From positions 741,760 through 805,759 of the forward strand of contig NIVC01000142.1 of the NCBI GenBank assembly GCA_002269645.1: a DNA stretch of 64,000 nt. The letters run 5' to 3'. The translations under genes and the position numbers were made by a program. Numbering within the stretch: position 1 is the stretch's first letter; each line of letters opens with the position of its first letter. This document shows positions 1 through 12,370 of this stretch, in pieces. The notes beneath the pieces are model-generated. The model saw nothing but the letters and a program-made list of their open reading frames with translations, ran no database searches and had not been told where the DNA came from. The DNA comes from Macrostomum lignano (Eukaryota).

Positions 1-3000
1 CCTAGCCGGATGGAACAGGCCAGCCAGGCAGTACTGCAGCACCCGGGTGTGGCCCAGGCTGACCCGGCAGCCTTCAACAACGGACATGAATGCTTGCACA
101 ACGTGCGGCGATGTTTCAAACACGTTTGGCCAGGCAAAATTAAGCAGGTGAGTGAGCGCGTCCTCGCAGCCGAAACCGTACACACCCAGAGCCATGTGGC
201 CGATGGTGAACATGGCTGTCTGCCTGTGCACGAGGTCCCTGTCCATCAGGGCGTCCTCCAGCAGAGGGACCACCGCGTAAACGTAGTCCTTGCCCATCTC
301 GCCGATGTATTCAAACATGAATGAAAGCGATTTCAGTACACCGTTTTGAACGTTGAGCTCAGGTACGCGGTACTCGTTCATTAGGCCAGGCAATACGGTG
401 AACGGCGAGCAGTTCTCAGCGACAATAGCGATGGCCACTGTTGTGCAGACACGGTTCTGGCGTTCTTGCACCTGCGGATGGGTTGGATGGGGTTAAAACA
501 GCGATTCTTTGATTCTGTTTTAAGACGAGATTTAAAGATGGCGATTCTCAACTACTCAGAAAAAAACCATATTTTATCAACTTACTACTTATTAAGTAGC
601 TAGAAGACAACAAAAAACGGTGACACTCCAAGAAAATAAAACTTAATGGTATGATTTAACATATATTAGCTACAGGAATTGAGTAGTCGTAGGCCTCGAG
701 CTACATAATATTCAAGTACAAAGTGTCTCGGTAAGCAAGCAATATCGGCCTCACCTTGAGATTATTGAGCAGAGTTGCCAGCACATCATGCGGACCAATA
801 GCTTTGGCAATGTAGCCGAACGTGTTAACTGTGGCCCGTCTGATACTCTTCTTGTGCGCCTTGAGCAATTCGAGCAGCTCGAAGCAGATGCGCATCCACT
901 CCTTGACGCTGACGAACTCGGAGCCGCGGTCGGCGATGCGGCCAACCAGGTCGATGCAGTTCTCCTGCACTTTCTCGTGCCGGTTCTTTAGAATAGGCGT
1001 CAGCCTAGGAAGCAGATCCTTGATTGGCGGCGTCATCTTGTTCATCCCGATGACATTCACGATGGCTTTCAATGCGCCTAGAATCGAGCCTAGGACCTCC
1101 GGGTACTCCTCGCCGAGGTACTCGTACAGCACAACGCCAAGATGGCCCATCAAGCGCTCCTCCTGGCAGGCTTTCATAACGCCAGCTATGCGGCTAATGA
1201 GATCGGCCACCTGTTGGCGCACTTTGGCCGACTTGTTGTTCAGGCGCCAGAGAATGTTGCCGCAGATCTGGGGCAGGTAGGGCTTCACCCGCTTACCCAG
1301 AGCGTTCACCAGGGTGCCGAAGCCGTTCAGCATCACAGCGTCCTCGTTTGTCTGCTCCGAGAAGGCGAACATTACGCCATCGACTAGCTGTTCTTCGAGA
1401 CGCGAGTCAACCTCAGTGGCACCCAGATTGTTGAGCACCTTCTCAACCGTATCCATGACCATTTTGCGATACTGCTCAGATGGCTCTTTGAGATCGTCCA
1501 CAATTCGATTGAGAATCTCTGCCGAACCAACTTTGTTGGCAATCTCGACTGTGGTGTCCACCAATTGGCGGTAGTTCCGCCTGTCCGAGGCCATCTTCTG
1601 GGTCCAGAAGTGCTTGAAAAATGACGGCAAAATGTCTTTCTTGATGTAAGCCGGCTCAACACCCTCGGTGGAGCAGCACTGTTTCACTACTTTGAGCACA
1701 ATTTTCTTCATCTCTTCGTCAGGCGACTGGAACTCGCGGATTAAGATGAGCATAACCTCGCGAGTATAATAATTGGCGTACTCGGCGTCCATTAAGGGAA
1801 TGAGGTAGCCAATGGCTTTGAGAAAAGCGGCCAGACCTTTGCCTCGGTGGGTACGGATGCCTTTCCATAGCGGTTTGAGCACGGTATCAAACGACTCAAT
1901 GCCGTAGGGCGTGGCGGACTCGGCCAGAGCTGCCAGAGCCAGAGCGGTGATAGTTCGCACCTTCTGCTGCTCGTCAACCAGGCCCAGTTCGATAATTTCA
2001 ACCAGAGAGCGCAGATGCGGCAGCACAGCGCAGCCCATCAGGATGGCAATCTGTTGCACTATTTTGATACCAGTGTGCCTGGCCTGCCAGCTACGCTTCG
2101 ACTTGCACACGGCCTTGAGAAACAATAGCAGACTGGGAATGCCTAGCGCTGAGGCCACCACAGCGAAAGCTCTGGCCGTGGTGTTACGCACGTATTCGTC
2201 CATGTTCTCCAGATCCGGACGCATTGTGGTGATCATGGTTGCCAGGCCGGCCGCTTTGGCCAGGTTAGAAATAATCTCGCGGCCTTCTACGCGAGCATAA
2301 TAGTCTTCATCGATGAGCAGCGGCTCAATCACTACCAGGATTTTGTGGACGAACGGCCGCACCAAATCGTCCAGCTTGTAGAGCACCCGGTCAATCACTT
2401 TCACAAGCAGGTGGCGCTCCTGATCCTCCAGTGTCGGCGACATCAACAGCGGCAGGATCTGATTGAAGAGCGGGCCGGCACCGAACTCTCTGGACTTCTC
2501 GGTGATCTGGCGGAGCGCGGATTTGCGCATCGGTGGCGTGCCGTTTTTGATCTTCAACAGCAGAGTCATAATACGACGCTCCCGCAGCTCATCGGCCGAC
2601 AGGCTGTCCTCGTCAACATCGGTGAGCAGCTTGTCGAAGTACTGCATATCGTCGGGCTTCAGCATTGGCAGATTGGTGCCTTTAGGCTGCATATCCGCCA
2701 AGGCTGTGCCCGTAGACGTCCGAACATCCGGCGTGGCCATCTTGAAGCCACCGGGCGTCGTCAGCGGAGTCGGCGTTGCAGTCAAACGACGCGGCGTTCG
2801 CAGCGGCACATAGCCGGCCGGCGGAGCCAGCACCTTGTAGCCTTCGGGCAGCATGGCATCCAGATCTTCGTCAGAGAGCGGCCGGTTGCGGTCATCCAGC
2901 TCCTTCTGCGCGGAGAATATCTGCATCTGCTCCGGGGTCATGGCGGCGGCTGCAACTGCTGCACTGGGCGTGGCCATCTCCATTGCCTTCACGCCCATCG

Positions 3001-5195
3001 GAGTCACCCCGCTTGGGGTCATGACCCCGCCAGGTGTAAAACCGCTCGGCGTGGCCGACGCCGGCGTTGCTACGCTCGGCGTTGCGTCGGCGACATTTGA
3101 TGGCGTCTCGCCGGGCGTCTCGTCCCAACGCGAGCGCCGCTTGCCAGCCTGCGGCGTCTCCTGAATCAGGTCGGCGGCGGTCCGGTCCGCGCGCGGCGTC
3201 TCGCCCCAGCCACCGGGAGTCGCTTCGTCCCATCTATTTCGCCGGCCCATTGGTGTTGTAGCCGACGGCGTGGCGTCGAAGTGGCCGGGCGTTTCACCCC
3301 GAGTTGACATATGTACGGGCGTCTCCGCCCACTGCCGCTCGTTGAATTGCCCCGGTGCCGGCGTGGCGTCGCCGCCGCTGATGCGGCCGGGCGTCTCCGC
3401 CCACTGACGCACGCTGGCCGACGGGGTGGCGGCGCCGCTGGCCGACATGGCCGACGGGGTGCCGGCATCCGCCTCGAAGCCAGTCTGGAAGAATTACATG
3501 TTAGCGTTTATGTCATTTATTTGACATGAGCTTAATATCATATGATCAAACTTAAGTGTAAAAAGTGCCACCAATCCCTGAACACCTAGCAACCACCTCA
3601 GACACCTAACAACCAAACCCATAAACACCCTAGAAACCTAGAAACCACCTCAGACACCTAACAACCAAATCCATAAACACCCTAGCAACTACCGCAGACA
3701 CCTAACAACCAAACCCATAAACACCTTAGCAACCACCGCAGACACCTAACAACCAAACCCATAAACATCCTAGCAACCACTGCAGACACCTAACAACCAA
3801 ACCCATAAACATCCTAGCAACCACTGCAGACACCTAACAACCAAACCCATAAACATCCTAGCAACCACTGCAGACACCTAACAACCAAACCCATAAACAC
3901 CCTAGCAACCATACTGAAATACAAAAATCTACCTTCTTGGCCTGCGGAGTGTCTCCGCTCTCGGCCGGGACGTCCCACCGACCGCGTTTCTTGGCCGGCG
4001 CAGCCTCCTGCTGCTGCGGCATCACTGTGCGCAGCTCGCCAGCCTTGAACTTCTCCGCCATTTGCTGACGCAGCTCGGCCTGTTGCCTGGTCAGCGCCTG
4101 TGACTGCATTATGTCTCGATACGTCTGCAGGCTGTTGTCCGGCGTTTTGCCGCCTGTAAATTTTGGACAATGTTGAGTTTCGGGGGCGGAGGGGAAAGGG
4201 GAGCAGAGGGGGGGGAGAGAAATGTAGTAAACAGATTGTAAAAAACATTTAACAATTACGTTCGTAAATACATATAGACTAACTCATTTTAATGCTGACT
4301 TGAAAATACCTAGTTATAGTAGTTTACCATTTGCACAAAATTGTTAAGCTTCTTCTCAGCTACAGTAGAATTTAGCAAATTCAATTTAATAACTTTAGAG
4401 CCTAAAAACTGGTTGCAGCCGATAAAGACACTCTGGTGCACTCCGGCAGGGCCGACACCGCGGAGCCAAATGTAGACGTGCGGCCAATGGCTAAAACGGA
4501 TACTTCAGGATGCAATTCACATTTTAGTGGCTATGATGATGAGTTAACTCTTAGGTACCATCCCCATAATCCAAAAAGCACACAATTCTTCGGGCTCAAT
4601 AATTTCGAGTTCAAGCTAACCCGCAGTCGCTGTTGCAGAGCTGAGCGAACAGTCAGCAGCTGATTGGCACTCCAGCTCCATCTCTCTCCGCTTGAAAAAG
4701 AAGAGAAAAGAAACACAAAGCATTGCTGATTTGATGTCTGCTCTGGAAATTTTCATAGTTGAAAAAAACACACAGCAAACAAACCTCAAAAATTTGTCAG
4801 CGCTGGACTGGCAGTCTCTGAGCACCGAGACGCCACCGGCCCATGTTTTCTGGGCTTGGGGCGGGGGCTCAGGGCGGCTGGCGAGTTGCTAGGGAATGAA
4901 AAAAGAATGGGGAAAGCCGTAGCCATTGTTAGGGAGTAAAAAATAGCTAACTATTTGCTTAATACTGGAGCAATAATCCCCCATACAGCAGAGTTTCATC
5001 TCATAGCCACTATGAAATTGCATTATCAGTCATTAATTAGTCTGTTCAGCATTGCAGAAATATAAGCAGGTAGATTGAGTTCAGTAATCAAGCAATTAAT
5101 TAGGCCAGATTCACTTACCATCCTGGAACATGTCTGCCCGAGCTGGGGAAATCATGCTCAGCATATTTTTTCTGTAGTCTTTTCTGCCAGGTGGC
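1..5195 (-). CDS. SF3B1: Splicing factor 3B subunit 1 (U2 snRNP HEAT-repeat protein), partial; exons 5195-5119, 4153-3933, 3484-755, 471-<1
   Basis: ORF 701..3448 carries RWD/ETP repeats and the near-invariant HEAT region ([56 protein letters not shown]). GT-AG junctions read in phase: DMFQDG|GKTPD, QAKK|TGFEA, NNLK|[11 protein letters not shown]. The first ~100 residues of the family were not located. Confidence 0.97.
3590..3912. repeat. 44-nt minisatellite, ~7 copies, in SF3B1 intron
   Basis: Unit gacacctaacaaccaaacccataaacatcctagcaaccactgca recurs, e.g. at 3785 and 3829. Confidence 0.95.
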
Positions 5196-7490
5196 CTGTG
5201 AATAAGTTGGGTGGAAAATTTCAATGAAATATGATGCATAACATCGAATATTATAAGAATACACTACATTGCTGTGTATGAATGACATGAATCATACTCA
5301 TAAAATAAATATGCAATAGCTACTAAGACATTTTATTATTGTAATTAATCTAAATCTAATTATTACTAAATGTATGTTTACCTTGATTGTAATTAATATA
5401 GTTAATATTATAACTCAAAAATTTGATATTTATGGAAATATACTTTAGGAAAAAGAGAGGCAAAGGCAAAAACACTACATCATAGCATTATATACATACC
5501 TTATAACAAACTAATATTTACCTTCTTCCCTGACTTAGAGGAAATGAAGTACATTTTCCCTTATAAATATCACATAGATAGGCTCTACACAAATATAAAA
5601 AAGTGCCATGTCAAACAAAAGATCTATTTGGGAATTGCTACAATGTCAAGGCTTGGGGGAGTTGCTAATATTCTGTGACTCTTTGGAAGAATTGCTGAGA
5701 TGCCAAGGCTGAGGTCAGAAGCTATTAAAAATTATATTCCATTCTTTGTTAGCTCCCTAACAGGGGCACTGATTGCTAGCAATTTATGCTGCCTATTAGG
5801 GAGGCAACAAAGAAAGGAATAATTTCTTTACTAAACTACATGCAAGATTTGACTTTCATTGGAAAAATATTGACAATAAAGGACTTTTCTGCAATTGAAA
5901 AATAAAGGACCTTTCTTATAGTTGCAAAGTTCTTTAAGAAAAATGTGATTGAAGAAACTTGTTTCATTTTTTCTGAAGAAATATTATAACAATAATTTTC
6001 TAACACACCTTACTTATAGAAAATTTATTGCTACCAAGAACTACTATTTGTTTTGTTAATAAAATTTCAGTTCTATGAAACTCTAGTAGCACATGTACTT
6101 TTTAATTTTTACTTTTTGCAATTGTATATAACTTTATATTTGTCAAAGTTTTGAAGTTTTAGTAAGTAAAGGTTGGTACAAAAGTGGTATGCCAAAACAA
6201 TTGAAATATCTACTAGTAAGCCAGAAATTTCTAGCATATATATAACCTTCCAAAGTGAGGCTGAAAAACTATAGCATTTTAGTGATCTATCTATGAGCTT
6301 TGATATCCTAATAATTCATCCTATAAGACTTAACATCTTAGAATTTTTAAGAGACAGTATTCTTCTTATAAGCCTTGATCTTTTTGCATTTTTCAAGTTT
6401 AAAGATTCTAATTTAGCAATTTTGAATATAGTTTAGATTAAAACAAATAGCAATAAAGTCACTAATAACAAATATAAATACTTTATAAAACATTTTATTT
6501 TTGGAATAAAAGTAATATCTATTTTGTTAAACTAACAATTTTTAATTCAGAAAAATCCAATTGATTTAAATATATTTGCTATATTTTATATATATAAGGC
6601 TGCACTTCATAGTCTTGTGAAGGCCTTTTTTGGTGAAAATTCCCAGGCACACAAGCTTTAAAAAATTTGTATTACAAACACAAACTGCAACATAGAGCCT
6701 TTTTTATTGACATATAGTCAAGCAGTTAGTGCGTATAGCAAATTGAAAGTCAAAAACTAAATTAGCAAAGATATTTTTTGTTTGAAAGAAAAAAGTGTGA
6801 CAAATTTTATTAAAATGAATTAATATAAGAGAAAAAATAAAATTTTGTCCAATAATAGACTTTTTATTATGCTTATTTAAAAAAGTTTTTTACATTTGTT
6901 GCAACTTCAAAAATGTCCTTTATTGTCACAATGCCTTATGGGCCCCTATGTAAAAAGCATAACTATTGGCTATACACTCTGTGCAACTTCCACAATAGCC
7001 AAAAAATATTTCTATGCAAATAACATATCCATAAAACTATAGGTAGCACTTAGAATATATATTAAGAAGTCTTAATTAGATAAAGATCAAATCTATCAAC
7101 CATGCTATATGTTGTTTTGATCAATATTATAAAATATGATTATCTATTTTAGTATTGATTTCTTGAATAATATGATCATAACTTAGTTTTTAGAAAATTA
7201 AGACAAATTTAAATGAAAAAAGATTTTAATAAAAATTAAAAAAAAGATGTTTGATCTTATGGTGTAGTGTTCAATGATCATGTAATTTTTTGTATTTAAA
7301 GAAAACAAAAAAATTAAATGACTAAATATAGATATATTTTAGGCCTAGGACTATCATTTGTAAAAAGTAAAACAAAGTTTAAAACCTAGAAATTATGCTA
7401 TAGCATAAATACTTTCACATTTTTATCTGTTTAATACTTATATATATAAATTGATAAATTTATAACTATAATTGGGCTATTATAATAGGC

Positions 7491-9039
7491 CTATTCCTAT
7501 GGGGAAATCCAAAAATCGGGGGCAAGTTTTATGAAAATTCGTTTTTTGGCAATTTGAAAGCAATAAAGCAATAAAATAAATTTATTCAAGTTTTTAAAAA
7601 GTAAAAAAGTCTATTAAAGCACAAATTATTTTCGTATAGCTTTATTTTTAATAAAATGATTTGTTAAAATGGTAAGTTTAATTACAACCTAAAATGAGTC
7701 TAATGAAAATGATAGAAAAGCTATAATAATGTATTTTATTAACTTTAACTATCTTATAATGTTACACTTTATAATTCTACAACATATTTAACATTATTTT
7801 CAAGGGTTTATTTGTTTATCACTTTTGTTACTCTTGACAACGTGTATTTTGTAGAGTTCGTTTGCAATAAATTGTATTCAACATAAGTTTATTATTTAAA
7901 CATACAAATTCCCATAAGGATCGGAAAATTGCATTTTACTTAGCTTCTACTGAAGCGATTTGGAAAATTCTTTTTTTCCTGCATACACGCTGCGATGATA
8001 CATGTTTTAGTGTAATTTCATTATTCTTCGTCGCTTAATAAGCATACAGTAAGCATCTGATTTGGAAGCCGGGTAACACATTGGAATTCCCATAAGGATT
8101 GGAAAATTGCATTTTACTCAGCTTCTACTAAAGCGATTTGGAAAATTCTTTTTTTCCTGCATACACGCCGCGATGATACATGTTTTAGTGTAATTTCATT
8201 GTTCTTCGTCGCTTAATAAGCATACAGTAAGCATCTGATTTGGAAGCCGGGTAACACATTGGAATTCCCATAAGGATTGGAAAATTGCATTTTACTCAGC
8301 TTCTACTAAAGCGATTTGGAAAATTCTTTTTTTTCCTGCATACACGCCGCGATGATACATGTTTTAGTGTAATTTCATTGTTCTTCATTGCTTAATGAGC
8401 ATACAGTAAGCATCTGATTAGGATACCGGGTTCACATTTTGTGGTACCATTTTTTACCCAAAATTTTTAAGTCTAAATATAGGCATATTACAAATACTAA
8501 TACTATGCAAGTTGATATTTAAATGAAAGAAAACAACTTAAAGATTATTTTGCAACAAGGAATTAGCAATATATTTACTTTTAGAGAAAGATGTTTGCTG
8601 GCAAACTTTGCACTTTATATTAGTATGAATTTTTGCGAGTTTATATGGTTTTAGAAAAACTTTGAAATCCTTAGAAATACTTCATCTTTTTGAATTGAAT
8701 AAAAAGTAAAACACAGATTACTTTCTGTTTTGTAAGTAGTAAAAAAATTAGCCTTCTCTAAGGCCTACAAGTCTTTAAAATTAATTGTTTAATAATGAAA
8801 AAAGTGAAACAAAAAAATGCAAATTGGTCAACTCGGACTTTCAAAATGCTTTTTTGTGGTTTTTTCTTATTTATTCAACAATATAAAGCATGAAAACAAT
8901 AGTTTTTATCCAGAACTATTTTCTAAAGACCTATCTATCTTTCAAAAACCTTTTTTAGATACATTACTTTCCATCGAATGTCCGCAGATTTGTTTTACTG
9001 TTTTATCCCACGTTTTTGGATTTCGCCCTATACAAATAG
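7491..9039. mobile_element. Putative non-autonomous DNA element with ~25-bp imperfect terminal inverted repeats
   Basis: ctattcctatggggaaatccaaaaa (7491-7515) approximately matches the reverse complement of tttttggatttcgccctatacaaatag (9013-9039); AT-rich non-coding interior. Confidence 0.45.
7908..8436. repeat. Tandem triplication of a 178-bp unit
   Basis: attcccataagg starts at 7908, 8086 and 8264; the copies are nearly identical. Confidence 0.95.
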
Positions 9040-9258
9040 AAATATAAAACTTTTTTAAATTAAAAAATTATTTGTATAAACTGCCCTATAATCCTTTCCT
9101 TAATCTAGACTCTAGGCATTATGCCTAGTATATGGCATAAGACTGGTATAAATGATGACATTTCATCAGTTTTCTTCTAGTGTAACTCTAAGCATAAAAT
9201 GGACTATGGCCTTCAACTATGTCTATATCCAACTAAATATAAATAAGTAAAAACACTA

Positions 9259-9625
9259 GCAATGTCCTACTTTCCCATGTTAAATTAGGCCTATTTTGAC
9301 CCAAAATTTGAAACCAAACAAACAAGAGCAATTTTTCAAAAGAAAGTGTCAGCCTTTCTGACAGTGGCTGCAGTTCTGTGAGTGAGTTGGCTATTAGATG
9401 ATAGGTCGCCAGCCAATGCATAGTTGACTCAGCATCAACTGTTAACAGTACCAGATTGCAGTGACTGATCTCAAGGTCACAGAGATTGCCCGATGGCCAC
9501 AAATTGGCAGGAGGTACAATAGGCTATTTACAAGCGCTTGAGGTCGTCCAGCCATGATTTAGGGCCTATGCTAAAAATACAAAAATTGGGTCAAAATAAT
9601 TTAATGTGGGAAACTAGGACATTGC
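9259..9625. mobile_element. MITE-like foldback element with ~45-bp inverted ends
   Basis: gcaatgtcctactttcccatgttaaatt...ttttgacccaa (9259-9303) pairs with ttgggtcaaaataatttaatgtgggaaactaggacattgc (9586-9625). Confidence 0.55.
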
Positions 9626-10989
9626 CAAAACACCTTAATAAGCCTTGGTGTCCTGTTCCCCTTGGGCCTAGGCCCTATGCCAACCAATTTTTTAATTGCA
9701 CTAGACTATCATCTTATTGGCATCTGCAAAAATACCCCTTTTAAATATAATACAGTTTACAGCAAAAAATTGTTTAGGCTGCTACCAAATGATTTCTATA
9801 TAAAAAATATATTTCATAGTATTCAAAATGAAATATACTTACGAGCCACTTTGAGCCATGGCAAATTTAGTCTAATATTAGAGGTTTTAAGGACAAGGTA
9901 AATGTAATCTATATAACTAAGCCTGAGAAGTTACTTCTTTGAACCTAATCCGTACTAATGTTACTACTGGTCCTGGTCCTGGACGTCTCGCAATCTTAAT
10001 ATTTATAAACTTAAACGCAATTTAAAAGTTGTTTTATTTAAGTAAAACAAAGTTGAAAGTTATAACTATAAAAACCTTTTAAATAAAACCAATTTTAAAA
10101 GAATTAGGCAGAAAATTGTTTAACTAACATTATAAATTTTCTTCTTACAAACTAAAGGCCTTACTCCCGACAAAGTGGCACTGTACCCAACATAAACTGC
10201 ATGCTGCGCTTCTATTTTTATGTTGCAACTTGCTTTAATGTGCAGGAACTGACTTGGTGCTGCTCTAATACTAATTTTGTATCTCTAGGGTACCAGACAA
10301 AAAGACGATAATCGTACATGAAGTTGTGAAGTACATGAAAAAAATAAAGTATAATTGACGGGATCGATGCACTTGGTAGTTGCTACTTGAAGAGTTTTAC
10401 ATGTATAATATATGTATTATAGTAATTAGGCGGCATCAACAGTTGAAAAATGTCTTTTCCGCGTGCGAGGCCTCTTCTTGCATACATTTTTTCTCAGGGT
10501 ATAAGCTTTTAGAATATAAATCCCGGAGGGGAAGAGCACAGAAAAATTAACAATCACCAAAATTTTAAAATTTTAGATGTAATTAATGATAGAAATTACC
10601 GTAATACTGTATTAAAAAATTACTGTAACGAGACGATCGCAAAAACATCTACCAAGGATTATCTCGCATAGCTGTAATTTTGGGTGGCCACAGTTAATTG
10701 CAACAGCTGAATTCAAACGCGCTGGTTATACCCGTGGTGATACATGTAAATACTGAGATGAACATCCCGGACGCAGACGCTGCATGGCAATCGACAACCA
10801 AACTTCACCGATGTCAGCAGAATCATCAAAATCGACTGGAGGTCGAGGTATCTACACGTATTATACGAGTAATGTACATACATCATGTACAATTTTGGTT
10901 CACATCGTTTTCGACGTTCTGCAGCGTCGGCGCTCCTGCCTTGTCAGGGGCTTATATACGTACATATACTTTCGCTCTAGTTCCTTAGT

Positions 10990-11290
10990 CAGACCCTACC
11001 TAATCATCATTACAAACCTGTTCTGATCAGACGATACATGTATATGCTGTAGTCGAGACCGTCCTGCTCTACAACATTGGATCGGACGCTGACACAAACT
11101 CGGTCGCTTGAATAGCATTTCAAAACTAGGCCGGCTCCGGAACAGGCCACCATAGACAAAGTTGTTATCGCATCGCTACATCCTAACTGACCTCGCCTCC
11201 CTTCACTGATCTGCACCTCCGTCTACCAGCCAGTCCCTCAGCTGCCTGCCCCACTGCACGAGCTCGTCAAGTACATGCTGCACACGACAG
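10990..11290 (+). mobile_element. Highly decayed RTE-type LINE 3' fragment
   Basis: gtagtcgagaccgtcctgctctacaac matches gtgatcgagaccatcctgttgtacaat of the better preserved copy near 59460. Confidence 0.5.
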
Positions 11291-11859
11291 AAAAGCAGAA
11301 AAACCAGAAAAATTTCGGCCTCAACAGAGAGCGGATTGTATGGACGCATCTGAGTTCCCTCCTAGCAGTGACTCTGTCCCAGCTCCAGTGGTGCGCACCT
11401 TACGAGCGTACAATCCCATCAACTATGCATGACCCCTGCTTGCCCGCTGTGCTCCAAAAAATTCCGTTGAACATCTAGCTATTCGAGTGCCCTGCCTTTC
11501 CAACGACGCTGACCATTCAAAATCCAAAGATCCCCAAGCCTGCGACCCAGCTCTGCGACCTGCCTACCCTATAGGAGCCTTCGAAAACCGCAACAATAGC
11601 ATGTCGATGCAACGCACACTGTGGACTACTGTGCACCATAATAGTATACAGATAAATTCAAGATCGGCTGCTATCGAGCAAACAACAAAGCACAACAACA
11701 ACAACAAAATACGCTTGTCAGGGTCTTTAGAAAACAAGCGTAACAGGGCGCGCTTCTGGGCCAGGTCGCGAAAGAAGGCCACGCCGCCGACCAAATCCCG
11801 GGTGCTGGTGTCAACCGATCCGATCCGGCAATCGATCCGAAATGCCAAGTGGCAGGGTG

Positions 11860-12370
11860 CCTGCAGCATCAGAAGCAGCATCTCTTGCACAGGCAATACG
11901 ACTCGGCGCGTATGATGTGGCCTGCCAGCTGGAGTCGCCTACAGGTCGCTTGGACAGATCTGGCCGGAGAGGCAATACAATATCTTATTTGGTGTCTCCA
12001 ATCTTGAAGGCAGTGTGCAGCAGGCCAGCGTGTGCCTCGTCTACTGGTTGCTCGAGCAAAGCCATCAGCGTCCAGGTTGTACAGCAGAACCGTCTGAAAC
12101 AGTGCTGTCCGCAGACGGTCAGGTAGGGCCTCAGACTGCAGGACTGCCCTTACAGAATGAGAGGCAGCCCAGGCAGGCCCGCGGCGACGCCGCAGATTCT
12201 CGCAGACGCCGGGAACCAAACCGCCGAGGTAGATGAATTGCTGACTAATGCAGAAGCTCCGTCGACTGTCTTTCTGCGCCTCGGCAAAAAATTGCAGCCT
12301 CAATTTCGTTCGGCGCGCAGAGATCTTTTGCGTGTTTACCACCAAGTTGACGCTGACGACAAATAACACA
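11860..12370 (-). mobile_element. Decayed RTE-type LINE fragment (RT C-terminal region)
   Basis: Translates LVVNTQK...QQFIYLGGLVP...RRRRGPAWAA...VLQSEALPDRLRTALFQ and RLQLAGHIIRA, homologous to 59200-59700 with frameshifts. Confidence 0.8.

Noticed and set aside
760-2300. Unusual substitutions at SF3B1 cancer-hotspot or drug-binding residues
   Set aside because: Positions equivalent to E622, R625, H662, K666, K700 and the IRRATVN segment appear conserved.
10-3529. Many plus-strand and alternative-frame ORFs over SF3B1
   Set aside because: Shadow ORFs of a GC-rich conserved coding region.
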